A stretch of DNA of 64,000 nucleotides, from assembly GCF_006345805.1 (NCBI RefSeq), contig NC_043012.1, positions 8,370,001-8,434,000 of the forward strand. The letters are read 5' to 3'. Positions within the stretch are counted from its first letter, which is position 1, and every line of letters starts with the position of its first letter. The DNA is from Octopus sinensis. Lineage: Eukaryota. This document shows, one piece after another, positions 12,313-25,924 of this stretch. The position numbers and the translations under genes are program-made. The notes beneath the pieces were generated by a model. It had not been told where the DNA came from and did not search any database. It worked only from the letters and a program-made list of their open reading frames with translations.

Positions 12313-13086
12313 ATGTAGTGCAGTATGTATATGTGTGTTGTGTGTGTGTATAATGTACTCTGTGTATATTCTTCACGCGTATGTATGTTAGTGAGGCTGT
12401 TGAATAGAATAACGGGTATATATAATAGATATAACAGCAGTATATTTAAGTGCTCTGTGGGTATATAATAAGCATGAGTCTAAGAGTATATAGTATAACA
12501 GGCGATGAGTGTATACACACACGTATATATACGTGTGTGTATTACACACACATATATATGTATGTGTATATATTATACACAGATATATATATATAGTGTG
12601 TGTATTGTTTAACCAGTTTTATCTTCGCGCGAACGAAAATCTATGATCACGACATTCCTTTCATGGCCATCCCGTCTAATTTTTCGTCTTCCATCACCCC
12701 AACGGATACCTTGCCAATACGCTAGATGTGATTTGAGGGGAATTTTAACTGCTATTTCTAACAAGGCGAACGAATAGGTAGAAGGGTCCTGGTGTTGGTC
12801 CGTCTCTAAATCTGTGTGTATGTGTATGCGTGTGTGTGTGTGTGTGTATAACAAGTATGGAGCTGATGTCCTTGTGTGTAGTGTAGTGTAGTGTGTGTTA
12901 GTCATGTGGTTAGTTTGTATATGTTTGTGTGTTGAGGTCTATGTGTCTGTTGTGGAAGATTTATGGGGGCTTGTGTGTCTATACATGAATCAGGTGGCGA
13001 GTGTCTTTGCGTATGTGTGCGTTTAAGGTGTATGCGTAAGACGCATGTGGCTTGTGTGTGTATAAGACGCATATGGGCACTCTGTA

Positions 13087-13142
<56 letters not shown>

Positions 13143-13500
13143 ACTAAATTATCATGTGTGTGTTAGTGTTAGTGTGTGTATATAGTGATAAGACGCATAT
13201 GGTACTAGTGTGTGTTATATATATGTTTTTTATATGTTGTGTGTGTGTGTACATAAATATACATGTGTGTGTTAGTGACTATGTGTGTATATATGTGTAT
13301 AAGACGCATATGAGTACTCAGTGTGTGTGTATATATATATATATATGTGTGTGTGTGTACATAAATATACATGTGTGTGTTAGTGACTATGTGTGTATAT
13401 ATGTGTATAAGACGCATATGAGTACTGTGTATGTATGTGCGTGTGTAAGACACATGCGGTTATGTGTTTTTGTAAGTATCTGTAAGACGCATATGGCTAG

Positions 13501-13535
<35 letters not shown>

Positions 13536-14568
13536 GTGCGCGTGTGTATATATATTCTGCGTGTGTGTGCGTGTAAGACATATATAGCTAGCGTATACGT
13601 GTGCGCGTGTGTATGCGAGTGTGTGTATATGTATGTGTCTAATATATGTGTGAAAGACGCATAAAGAAGCTCAAAGTCCTTGTGTTCATGTGTTAAGAAG
13701 CATGTAAATTGCGTTTGTGTGTGTGTGTTCGCTCGTGCGTGTGTACATGTGTGCCTCTGTGTGTGTGTGTGTGCATATGTGCATGTGTGTGTCTGTAAGG
13801 AGCGTGTAGCCGCCATCTTCCTGTTCATCTGCTCCATGTGTGTGTGTAATTGTATTGTCTATTGTGTGTGTGTGTGTGTGTGTTTACTACATGTAACTCT
13901 ATGGAATGTGGTTGTATATACATACATATATCAATATAGCCTAAATATTGTGTATGTTAGTGTGTATGCATGAAAGTGAGACAGAACGTGTGTATGTATG
14001 TATGTATGTATGTATATGTGTGTGTGTATCTCTATAAGATGAATGTGTGAATATATATATATATATATATTTCTATTGGTGCGTATGCGACTCTGTAAAT
14101 GTGTGTCTATAATAGTGTGTGATTATGTTTAGAAGAGTGTATGTGAGTGTATCTATAAGAGTATGTGTGTATCTATAAAAGCGTATATGTGTGTATAAGC
14201 GTGTGTATATCTGTAGGTGTGTGAGTGCGTATGTGTGTCTATAAGAGTTTGTATGTCTGTAAGAGTGTATGTTAGTGTATCCATAAGTATGTGCGTGTAT
14301 GTTTATATATATATATAATATATATGTGTGTGTGTGTGTGTACAAGTGAGAGGAAGTGGTACTTAGCTTGTGTTTAAGTGTCTGCTGATTATATTAATGT
14401 AGATGTATATATATGTATGTGTCTGTATGTAAGGTATGTATATGTAAGACATAGGTAATGTGTGCATCAAATATGTATGTATGGTATGTAGTTAGTCACT
14501 GTGATTAATGTGTGTATATGTGCCTATATATACACACACACACAAATTAATATATATACACACACAGT

Positions 14569-14609
<41 letters not shown>

Positions 14610-15123
14610 GTCAAGTAGACACATTTAGCTAGAATAGCTCCCTCTCTCCCACTCTTTTTATCTTCCTCTTTCATGTGTGTGTGTGTATAACAGGTATGGA
14701 GCTAACGTTTATATACATATGTGAACAGTATGTATATGTATGTATGTATGTATGTATATCAGATACAGGTTTATATATTCAGCTGACACATACACACGCA
14801 CACGCATCCCCCCTACACACACACGTCTGTGTGTGAGTGCGTCTATATGAAGCACTTCGTTCCCTCTGGATGTGTATGTATGTGCGTGTGCCTGCTTCTG
14901 TACTGAGGCTATTTGTATATCAATTATTCAGTGTGTATGTATGTAGTGTGTGTGTATGTGTGTGTGTTAGGTCAGAAAGAGAAAGAGAGAGAAATATACA
15001 TTAAAAGATACAGAGAGATAAGGAAAGCTGTGCGCGTGTATATTTATATATATATTGTATGTATGATGTAAGTATATATATATAATATATATATATATAT
15101 GTATGTATATATGTATATATATG

Positions 15124-15156
<33 letters not shown>

Positions 15157-15283
15157 ATGTGTGTTGTGTGCATGTATATGTATATACACGTCTATATTTG
15201 TGGCAAATAAATGTGAGTTTGTTTCAATTTGTATTTCAGTGATACACACATATAAAAGTATATATTATACGTGTGTGTGTATG

Positions 15284-15326
<43 letters not shown>

Positions 15327-16797
15327 GTACTATTATGTTAGTGTATGTATGTGGGTGTCTGTCCTCTCTTTGTGATGTACACACACACGTCTGTGTGTGT
15401 GTGTATGCGTATGTATGTGTGTGTGTGTGTATGATTTTACTGCTTCGTATTTTCATTGTTCTTTCTGACGTGTTAGTGTGTATTTAATTTACTGGGTGTG
15501 TAGCTGTGTGGTAATGATGTGTGTGTCTATCTATAGTTATTCTATACGTATGTGTGTGTGAGTGTGTGTGTGTGTGTGAGTGTGTGTGTGTGTGAGTGTG
15601 TGTGTGTGTGTGATAGCTGCTGGTTTTTCATATTATTTGCACTTTGTATATATTTGTGTTGTCTATTTATTTTAGTGGGTGTATAATCTGTGTTAAAGAA
15701 AGAAATGCGTGTATATATATATGTACAGATGTGTTTATTTTATGGGTATATAACTATATATATTTTTACTGGGAGCATAACTTTATATGTGTATATGTAT
15801 GTATATGTGTGCGTGTGCAAATAGTGTGTGTATTCGCGTGTTCCTATGCGTGTGTAGTTGTATGTGTAATCGTATGTGTGTATAGTTGTATTTGTGTGTG
15901 TATGTGTATTTGAGTGTGGTTGTATTTGTATGTGTGTGTGTATATTCTTGTGTGCACGTGTGTAAGTTGTTGTGTGTGCATGTGTAAATTGTATTATGTG
16001 TGCGCCTGTGTAACTGTATGCGTATATATGTGTGTGTATGTCGATGTATATGTGTATGTAGTTGTATGTGAGTTGGAATAATTTTGTCCATCTAGTGTGT
16101 GTTGTGTGTGTCTTTTCCTTTCTTTGTCTTACTTTCTGTATGAGTGTGTGTATATTTCTTTCTCTTCTTTTCTCTTTATTTGTATGTCTATGTGTGTATA
16201 CATATGTATATATATATATGTGTGGTGTATCTGTATAATTATGTATGAATGTGGTGGTAATTGAATGTATATGTGTATATATAATATACATACATATAAA
16301 TGCGATTTCTATGTAAATGTATACATTAACATGTGTATGCTGTGTATAGATGCACATGTGTGTCTATCTTCTGTTTTATATGCTGATGTATTTGGTGAGA
16401 AGAGAGTTTGTAAATATATACACACACATCTGTCTCTGACAAACACACACATACATACATACGTAGCTTCCCTTCGTTCCCCCTCTCTCTCTCTATTACT
16501 ATTATATCTTTCAACCTTCTCTCTCTCTCACCTCCACTCTCTCTTTATGCTAGTTGTCCTCCCCTTCACACACAACACGCACACAAACATATATGTTTGT
16601 GTGTATATATATATATATATATTTATATATGTGTGTGTGTATGTGCGATATGCCTTTTCATTTCTGTTTATCTTCCTCTTTTTGTCTTATCCTTTTTATC
16701 ACTCCCTCTCACCTCCTTTATATCTTACTCTCTCTCTTTATCCCTAATTGTGTATGTATCCGTGTATCAATTTCCTCAACTCTGTTTGTGTATAATA

Positions 16798-16834
<37 letters not shown>

Positions 16835-17200
16835 ATATATATATTATATGTGTGTGTGTGTATGCATGTCTATATATGTATATGTCTGTGCATGTGCGTG
16901 TGTTTAAGTCATTCCTCCCCTCTATCATTATCTGTGTGTATATATATATATATGTATATGTGTGTGTGTGTGCGTGTGTCTGTGTGTCAGGCAATTTATG
17001 TTCTCTCCCCTCTCTTCGTCTTTATCTTTATGTACGTGTATGCATTCCTCAGTGTGTGTGTGTGTCTGTATATGTATGCGTGTGTATGTAGGAGTGTTTC
17101 TATACAAGCGTTTGCTTTGTGACGGATGTGGTCACACACAAACGAACACACGCATACACACACACAAATACACACGCATACACACATAGACAAAGTGCCA
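11290..17200. repeat. About 6-kb degenerate (TG)n/(TA)n/(AG)n microsatellite domain
   Basis: Direct inspection; T+G-biased on the plus strand. Confidence 0.9.
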
Positions 17201-17756
17201 ACGAGCTCACCGCCACCCCCTCACCACTATTATAACCGCCATCACCACCACTAACGCCAGCATTAGCAGCAGCAGCAGCAGCATCATTACCATCATCACC
17301 GTCATTCCCACTACCACAACGCCATCACCAGCACCTCTGTAGCCACCGCCACTCTAACCACCGTCGTCACCATCGCCCTACTATGAATCAGACAAGACGT
17401 ATCAACCAATGAAATAGTGTAAATATGAAATGTCAGTATTTCATTGGTTGGCTCTAATATCTTACTACTTCTCTCTCTCTCCATTTCCTCCAAACCTGCT
17501 TTTTCAGCCATTTTACAACACTTTTCCTGCTGTCTTCCTTCATTTCTACTTTCTTCACCTTCATCTTCCTTCAACACACACACCACCAGCACCGCCATTA
17601 TAATAGCTCTATCATTGTCAACATATATAAAATATACTTTTAAACCATCTAGCTCTTGTCTCATACACAACACACACACACACACACACGTGTGTGTGCA
17701 TGTCTCACACACACACTTTTCTTTCCTTTCTCTGCCACTCTATCTCTCTTTCTCTT

Positions 17757-17828
<72 letters not shown>

Positions 17829-18779
17829 AATTCTGTCTATGTACGTATTCAGTTTTTTTTTGTTTAGCTTTACCTAGCTATCATGGCCAAGACCAAGCTG
17901 GAGCATTGTGTGCTACTTTATATTTCTTTGTCTCCTTTCTCTCTCTCTCTCTTTATATAAACACACACACACTTTCATTTCCCTACATCTTTCTATCACT
18001 CTATCGTTTTCTTTCACTTCCTCTCTCTCTCTCTCCTCTCTATTTCTACTCCACCTTCTCCTTTTCTCTCCTTAATACTCTCTCAACCCCTCTCTCCCTT
18101 CTTTTACTCTATCAGCTCACTCCCTTCACCCTTTTAAGTTATCATCTCACTTCCTCTCATTATTCTTCCCTTCTGCATTTTCTTAAACTGGTTTCATATT
18201 TCCTCCCCTTCCTCCTCCCCTAAGTTACTTTCTATCTATCTCTTCCATCCCCTCTCTCTCTCACACTGTCTTCCCTTCTTTCCTTTCTGTCTTTTCTCTT
18301 TTCTCTTTCTCTCTCTTTTCACACGTCCGTGCATTTTGAACCAGTTGATCGATGAACAGAGCCACTCCAACCGTGGCAATTTCAAAATATCGCCACACAC
18401 TATATCTATGATTAAATTATCTGATGTGTCCCCTTTCCTTTATTTCAGATGCAATTTGTGGGAATTTTGGCTATAATTTTTAGCGGACAGGGAAGCCACA
18501 TTGAGGCTCCACCCGTTGACTTATGGTGGTTGTTTAGCCCCTGTTCAGACATGTTCGAGTTCATCTATGATCAAAAACGTTCCGACCGAAACTAGGACTT
18601 CATTGTTCATCTTTTTCTGGACAACAGCGAGTAATTTATAAGATATTTGACTGCTATTTCTAGTACGTAAAACTGGTATATAGAAGCTCCAATAGATATA
18701 TACACATATATGTATGTGTATACACATACAGAAAGACACATTAACACATACTGTATAAATTATACATACATATATTCTT

Positions 18780-19195
18780 TATTCTTTACTGGTTTCAATC
18801 GACTGCGGTCATGCTGGAGCACCGCCTCAAAAGGGTTTTTCTAGTTGAAGAAATCGCCCCCAGGACTTCTTCTTTGTAAGCCTAGTACTTATTCTATCGA
18901 CTTCTTTTTCTCGAACCACTAAGTTACGGGGGACGTAACCACACCAACACAAGTTGTCAAGCGATGGTGGTGGTGGTGGTGGTGGTGATGGGGACAAAAG
19001 CAGATACAAAGAAACACATAAATATATGCATATATCTAAGATGTGTTTCAGTTCCCACCAAACAAATTCACTCACAAGGCTTTGGTCAGCCTGGAGCTAT
19101 AATAGAAGACACTTGCCCTAGGTGCCATGCAGTAGGACTGAACCTAGAACCATGTGGTTAGGAGGCAAGTTTCTTACTATATATACAGCCACACC
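18780..19195 (-). mobile_element. SINE family 1
   Basis: Diverged full-length copy. Confidence 0.8.
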
Positions 19196-19217
19196 TATAT
19201 AAATATTAATATATATA

Positions 19218-19580
19218 GAGTTGGCAACTAAGTTCCCACTGTTCTTTTAAATTTTGGAATCTATTTTTTTTGAGAATTCTATTTTTGTATTATTTTTGTA
19301 TCTTTTCTTCTAGTTAATTTTTGTTTATTTTCAGATCATTAAAACGGGATGTCAAGTTGAGAAAAACGAGCATTTTCGACATTTCCTTCTTTTTGCTTTT
19401 AATCAAGGTTCTAAGGCCGCAAAAGCTGCTTGCAACAATTATGCTGTGTAAGGAGAGGGTGCCATAGCTGAAAGAACTGCTTGAGCTTCTGATTGGTATG
19501 CCAATTCTGAGTATGCACATATATTTCCTTGATGGCTGACATTTATCAATTGTTTCTTCCATAGTTTTGATATGCCATTT
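19218..19580 (+). mobile_element. mariner transposon 5' fragment
   Basis: TIR-like gttggcaactaag; KNEHFRHFLLFAFNQGSKAAKAA..GEGAIAERTA (N-terminal HTH) with stops. Confidence 0.8.
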
Positions 19581-19629
19581 CTATCATTAGTGATGGTATT
19601 TTTGACGACATGGGTATACTAGTAGATCT

Positions 19630-19922
19630 TGGCTTAATAATTAGGATATTCAGCTGATGATCGTAAGTTCAAGAGTTCAATTTCTGGCTCTGCGTTGCAT
19701 CCTTGAGCATTGCTCCAGTTTACTCAGCTGGCAAAAATGAGTTATACCAGTAATTCAGAGGGTCGGCGTTGTCACATTCCATGTCATGCTGAATCTCCCT
19801 GAGAACTATGTTAAGGGTACATGTGTCTGTGGAGTGCTCAGCCACTTGCACGTTAATTTCATGATTAGGCTGTTCCATTGATCAGATTAACTGGAACACT
19901 CATCATAACCGACAGAGTGCTG
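19630..19922 (+). mobile_element. Further tRNA-derived SINE (GTGGAGTGCTCAGCCACTTGCAC body)
   Basis: Body also seen inverted at 1545-1675 and 30720-30965. Confidence 0.7.
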
Positions 19923-20135
19923 GTTATAGTGTATGTATAATATATATATATATATATATATATATTATTATATATTATTATATATATATATATGTATGTA
20001 TTGGGTTGGCAACTAAGTTCCTGCCATCGGCATGGAAGCCAGTCAAGGCGGCGCTGGCATCGGCCACGTTCGGATGGTGCTTTTTTGTGCTACCAGCACA
20101 GGTATCACAACTACAATTTCCATTTGATACACATA

Positions 20136-20871
20136 TATTAGGTTGTCTGGAAAGTTCTGAGTGTTTTTTAATATGCATAAAGGCATATACTTCATGAATC
20201 GTACTTTTAGAGAGTTCCAACTTCTCTGCAAGTTTTTTAGTCAAGATATTTGTGTCTTCTTCGATTTTTGCCTTCAATATATCTTCGTCCACCGCGACTG
20301 TCATCTTCCAAGCTAAACCCTCCAGCTTTAAATTTTGCAAATTCACCTTCAAACAGTTGATTCGCCTACAGCATCATTACCATCATCATCATCGTTTAAC
20401 GTCCGCTTTCCATGCTAGCATGGGTTGGATGGTTCAACTGGGGTCTGGGAAGCCAGAAGGCTGCACCAGACTCCAATCTGATCTGGCAGTGTTTCTACGG
20501 CTGGATGCCCTTCCTAATGCCAACCACTCCGTGAGTGTAGTGGGTGCTTTTTACGTGCCACCGGCACAGGTGCCAGGCGAGGCTGGCAAACGGCCATGAT
20601 CGGATGGTGTTTTTTACGTGCCACTGGCACTATAAACTTCACAAGTTTTTGCAAGTCTTTGTAGCATTTTCTCATTTGTTAGAAAAGAGAAGCATTACAA
20701 CGTAAATATGAAATTTTTGGTTATCCATTTCAAATGTCAATAAAGGAAAACCAGAATGAAGGATCGATCTGTTTTTAGTCTGGAGCAAAGAAGAGATGCT
20801 CTACCACTGCAAGCAATGACAGTTTTAAGATTTAGCTTTTAAATGCTCAGAAATTTCCAGACAACCTAATA
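20136..20871 (-). mobile_element. Internally deleted mariner with both TIRs and a nested SINE
   Basis: 26-bp TIRs TATTAGGTTGTCTGGAAAGTTCTGAG / CTCAGAAATTTCCAGACAACCTAATA (1 mismatch), TA ends; MDNQKFH.. and DEDILKAKIEED..LAEKLELSKSTIH. Confidence 0.85.
20378..20630 (-). mobile_element. SINE-like family 3 nested in the mariner
   Basis: Splits the transposase remnant. Confidence 0.85.
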
Positions 20872-21199
20872 CATACATGTACAACAGGTTTTCGCTGCCT
20901 CGAGGCTAATGTAGAAGACACTTGCCCAAGGTTCCACACAGTGGAGCTGAAGGTGAAACTATGTGGTTAAGAAGCAAACTGCTTAACACAAAGCTACGCC
21001 TCTGACTTAGTTTTTGTGCCAAACATTTCAAAAACAGTTTTAGAATTTATATAAATCCTACGAAATTGAGATTTTTGTGAAAGTCAAAAAAGAAAAAAAA
21101 GACTAATAAAGAAATATAATAATTTTTATGTAGAAGTTCCTTCAAACTTGGAATGTATTTTCAAGAGTTCCTTGAGGGTAAAATGACTCGGAAACACTA

Positions 21200-21612
21200 C
21201 TCTTTTTACTCTTTTACTTGTGTCAGTCATTTGACTGTGGCCATGCTGGAGAACCGCCTTTAGTCGAGCATATCGACCCCAGGACTTATTCTTTGTAAGC
21301 CTAGTACTTATTCTATCGGTCTCTTTTGCTGAACTGCTAAGTTACAGGGACATAAAACACCAGCATCGGTTGTCAAGTTATGTTGGGGTGACAAACACAG
21401 ACACACAAACATACACACACCACACACACACACACATATATATATATATACGATGAGCTTCTTTCAGTTTCCGCCTACCAAATCCACTCACAAGGCTTTG
21501 GTTGACCCGAGGCCATAGTAGAAGACAGTTGCCCAAGGTGCCACGCAGTGGGACTGAACCCGGAACCATGTGGTTGGCAAGCAAGCAACTTACCACACAG
21601 CCACTCCTATGC
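21200..21612 (-). mobile_element. SINE family 1
   Basis: Full-length copy. Confidence 0.9.
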
Positions 21613-21779
21613 ATAGGAGAATTTTTGATGGAAAATACCTTTCTAGGATTAAGTAGGATGTACCCTCTTAGGACGTGTATGTGCATTATTACAAAATACA
21701 CACACACACACACGAACACATACGGACGCACATGCACACACACACGGACACACACAACACACACACAGATATATCGATC

Positions 21780-21990
21780 CTGTTAGCATTCAGAATACTC
21801 TGTCAAATGTAATGCTTATTTATTCACATTGTTTAGAATTAATCATGCATTATCTCGTAGCTTTGAGATTTTGATGATGTGATTGTTTAATTTTAGAATG
21901 ACATTATAGGTCGGTGCGAGAGGCCTGAGCAGGCTGGTTTTGAGCATAAAACATACGGAATATTTTGGTCAGATATGGTCTGTTTAAATA
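21780..21990. mobile_element. Decayed MITE, related to fragments at 39270-39352 and 39880-39930
   Basis: Shared internal sequence (ttagcattcagaatactctgtcaaatgtaatgcttatttattc); the other fragments end in gctaaagggtt, a piggyBac-like terminus. Confidence 0.45.
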
Positions 21991-22002
21991 CAACTATCTA
22001 TT

Positions 22003-22220
22003 TCTTTTACTCTTTTACTCTTTTACTTGTTTCAGTCATTTGACTGCGGCCATGCTGGAGCACCGCCTTTTAATCGAGCAACTCGACCCCGGGACTTATT
22101 CTTTTGTAAGCCCAGTACTTATTCTATCGGTCTCTTTTGCCGAACCGCTAAGTAACGGGGACATAAACACACTAGCATCGGTTGTCAAGCAATGCTAGAG
22201 GGACAAACACAGACACATAA

Positions 22221-22267
<47 letters not shown>

Positions 22268-22428
22268 TACGACAGGCTTCTTTCAGTTTCCGTCTACCAA
22301 ATCCACTCACAAGGCTTTGTTCGGTCCGGGGCTATAGTAAAAGACACTTGCCCAAGGTGCCACGCAGTGGGACTGAACCCGGAACCATGTGGTTGGTAAG
22401 CAAGCTACTTACCACACAGCCACTCCTG
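22003..22428 (-). mobile_element. SINE family 1
   Basis: Full-length copy. Confidence 0.9.
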
Positions 22429-22689
22429 CATCTATTATATATATCTATTATCTATGTACCTCTATGTGTGTGTGTATATATGTATGTATGGATAGATGGA
22501 TGGATGGATGGATGCTTCTGTATGTTGTGTGTGTATTTGTATATTTTGTCTATCCATGTATGTAGCTGTGTGAGAAGTATTATGTGTAAGTGTGTATGTG
22601 TATGTATTCATAAATCTATGTGTTTTAACTGCTATGAATGTTTAAATGTTTATAAGTATATGTAACCAGATGTAGTGCACATGTGTGTG

Positions 22690-22961
22690 TGGATGTGTGC
22701 CTGTGAATGTGTTTGTGCATGGGTGTGAGTGCATGTGTCACACATACTGTGGGGCGGTTTAACACACACACACACACACACACATACATACATACATATT
22801 ATCTGTAATGAACGCACACACAGACACAAACATGTGTGTGTGTGTGTGTGTGTAATTATTTCAGCTCTGTTTTAACATATGATAGACATAAAGTCAGTTT
22901 ATATGTTTATTTAACATACATGTATGTGTAAACACACATACCCATATCATATATATAATAT

Positions 22962-23047
<86 letters not shown>

Positions 23048-23586
23048 GATGTATATATATATATATATATATCATGTTATCTCCATAACATCACTTCCTC
23101 TCTTAGTGCTGGCTTTTAAACATGCACTCATACACAAACACACACACACATATACATTTACACATACACTTTCAGCAAAGAATGTTACAGTAGTGAGAGT
23201 GTGTGTGTATGTGTGTGTGTGTGTAACTCTGGTATGTGCTAAATGTATACACGAGTAAATTTCTATGTATGTAATTTTCCTTTATAGCCAAATGTGTATG
23301 CGTCTCTGTTCATGTATATTCATAGGTTCATGTAAAAGTGTGTGTATGTATATATATATATATATATATAATATATATATAATATATATATTATATATGT
23401 GTGTATATTGGTATATGTGTATATTGGATAGTGTATATATATGTATATATATGTGTATATATGTGTATATATGTATATATGTGTATAATATACACATATA
23501 TTGAATTTCTCTGGCTCCTCAGATTTTTTGAATGCTGGACTACTGGTTTTAAATTGATATTAAAATTAATATTAATTTATCTCCCT

Positions 23587-23617
<31 letters not shown>

Positions 23618-24131
23618 TTATATATTAAAATTAAAATTAGGGAATGGGTCTGTATTTGTATATGTATATATATATATGTGATGTGTAGGTATGCATGGGT
23701 ACACATAGTATATATATGTGTATATATATATATATTGTGTATGTATATATATATGTATATGTATGTGTATGTATGTATATATATGTGTATGTATGTGTAT
23801 GTGTGGGTGATATATGTGTGTATGTGTATATATGTGTATATAGGGACTAGTGTGTGGTGTGTGCATATGTGTTGTATGGATTTGTTGTGTGTATGCGTGT
23901 ATGTGAGTATGTGTGGTATGTGTATATATATATTTTCTGTGTGTATATGTATGTGTGGTCGTGTGTGTATATATACATGTGTGTATACGTGTATGCAAGT
24001 GAGTGTGTGTATGTATACATATATATGTGTATGTGTAGATATGTATATGTATGTGTGAGTGTATATATGTGTGTATGTGTAGAGGTATAAGTGAGAATCT
24101 CCTTATTTACCTAAAACTCTATTCCCCCCCC

Positions 24132-24166
<35 letters not shown>

Positions 24167-24320
24167 ATATATATATATTATATATATATAATTTATTTAT
24201 TTTTTTATTTTTTATTTTTTTATTTTTATTTTTTTATATTTTATTTTTTATTTTATTTTTTTATTTTTTATTTTATTTTTATTTTTTTTTTATTTTATTT
24301 TTATTTTTTTATTTATTCTC
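22690..24320. repeat. Compound (TG)n/(TA)n block ending in (TTTTA)n
   Basis: Direct inspection. Confidence 0.9.
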
Positions 24321-24648
24321 CTATCTAATTTAACACTGACTCCTGACCACTCCCCCAAGTATGATTTTTTGCGCTATGCCTACCCCCAAAAAGTCCCCCA
24401 CCAACACCCCTTTAAACCTGCCTAAATGTATAAATGCCAATACAATTCTTGTTAACTAGCTTCCTGAAGATTTCTCTTGAATGAAACAGTTCTAGTCCTG
24501 TAGAAGCTCCTTCTTATAATAAATTAATTTACTCTGCTATGTATTGAGTACCTTATTTACTGTGGTTAACCCGGATCAACCCGGGACCTACATATATATA
24601 TATATATATACACACATATATATATATTCTATCAATCATATATATACT

Positions 24649-24679
<31 letters not shown>

Positions 24680-24680
<1 letters not shown>

Positions 24681-24800
24681 GAAAAATACAAACTGGGACG
24701 AGAACGTAAAACATTTAGAAGACGACACAAAAAACACGGACGGGACATTCGAAGCCTTCAATCTTCAGTCAAGAACCGGATCATCCTAGCAATTTCGGCA
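24680..24800 (-). mobile_element. Penelope-like terminal-repeat fragment
   Basis: ccgaaa..ctgaaga motifs plus a T-rich tail, similar in layout to 10535-10740. Confidence 0.35.
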
Positions 24801-24806
24801 ACACAC

Positions 24807-24841
<35 letters not shown>

Positions 24842-25211
24842 TATATGTATACATATATGCACGCACGCACACATATATATGGAATATACCCAGTATGGAA
24901 CTGAAATCATAATTCAAATAAGGCCTCAATCTATTTATTATGCAGTGTATATGGTTTATTAGAGTAGCAATATAAAGTATGTATGCAATAAATTCCATGG
25001 AGGTCGACGTTGCCTTTCATCCTTTTGGTTGTCAATAAAAATGAGTACCATTTGAACACCGGGGTCAGTGTAATTAGTCGATTTAGCCCTTCCCTCGGAG
25101 TCCCTTGCGCAAAGAATTTAAAATCTATGCCTGTACGTATGTAAGGAACCAAACTAGCGGAATCGTTAGCTTGGCAGGCAAAATGCTCAAGGGGTAATTT
25201 TGTTCATACTT

Positions 25212-25600
25212 TTTCACTCTTTTACTTGTTTCAGTCATTTGACTGTGGCCATGCTGGAGCACCACCTTTAGTCGAGCAAATTGACCTCAGGACTTATTCT
25301 TTGTAAGCCTAGTACTTATTCTATCGGTCTCTTTTGCCGAACCGCTAAGTTACGGGGGATGTAAACACACTAGCATCGATTGTCAAGTGATGTTGGGGCA
25401 ACAAACACAGACACACCACACACACATACATATACATATATACGACGGGCTTCTTTCAGTTTCCGTCTACCAAATCCACTCACAAGGCTTTGGTTGGCCT
25501 GAGGCTATAGTAGATTACACTTGCCCAAGGTGCCACACAGTGGGACTGAACCTGGAACCATGTGGTTGGTAAGCAAGCTACTTACCACACAGCCACTCCT
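25212..25600 (-). mobile_element. SINE family 1
   Basis: Full-length copy. Confidence 0.9.
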
Positions 25601-25730
25601 ATCTACTACATCTTTACATTCTGAGTTCAAATTCCACTGGGGTCAACTTTACCTTTTGTTCTTTTGGGGATCAATGTGATCTGCTTAACCCTTCCTGTAA
25701 ACTTGCTGGCCTTAGGCCAAAATTTGAAAC

Positions 25731-25924
25731 CGTTGTGTTGATGCCCCCAGACAATAAGTAGGCCAGTCCAATACGTATAAATAGTGGATGTGATAGCTAG
25801 TCATAGAAACGGAGCTGTGGGTAGACTAGACGTCAAGTTCTGTTGAGTCGAGTTGTCAGAAGAGAGAGTTGTGTTAGAGGTACGTTATTGGCGAAGGCAC
25901 GCTATCTGAACATGCGATATAACA
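25731..25924 (+). mobile_element. Solo LTR (194 bp)
   Basis: 5-bp TSD GAAAC at 25726 and 25925; ends (c/t)GTTG...TAACA with transition-only terminal inverted similarity; TATAAATA at 25776. Confidence 0.6.

Noticed and set aside
12609-12905. Protein-like ORF segment YSFALLEIAVKIPLKSHL
   Set aside because: A decayed copy of the older SINE-like repeat also seen at 27250-27645.
13037-13665. Repeat-spacer layout as a CRISPR array (also 53321-53771)
   Set aside because: Eukaryotic context, repeats too short, spacers are microsatellite or absent, no cas genes.
11227-17193. Dozens of 60-205 aa ORFs (YIYI, CVCV, HTHT)
   Set aside because: Dinucleotide microsatellite artefacts.
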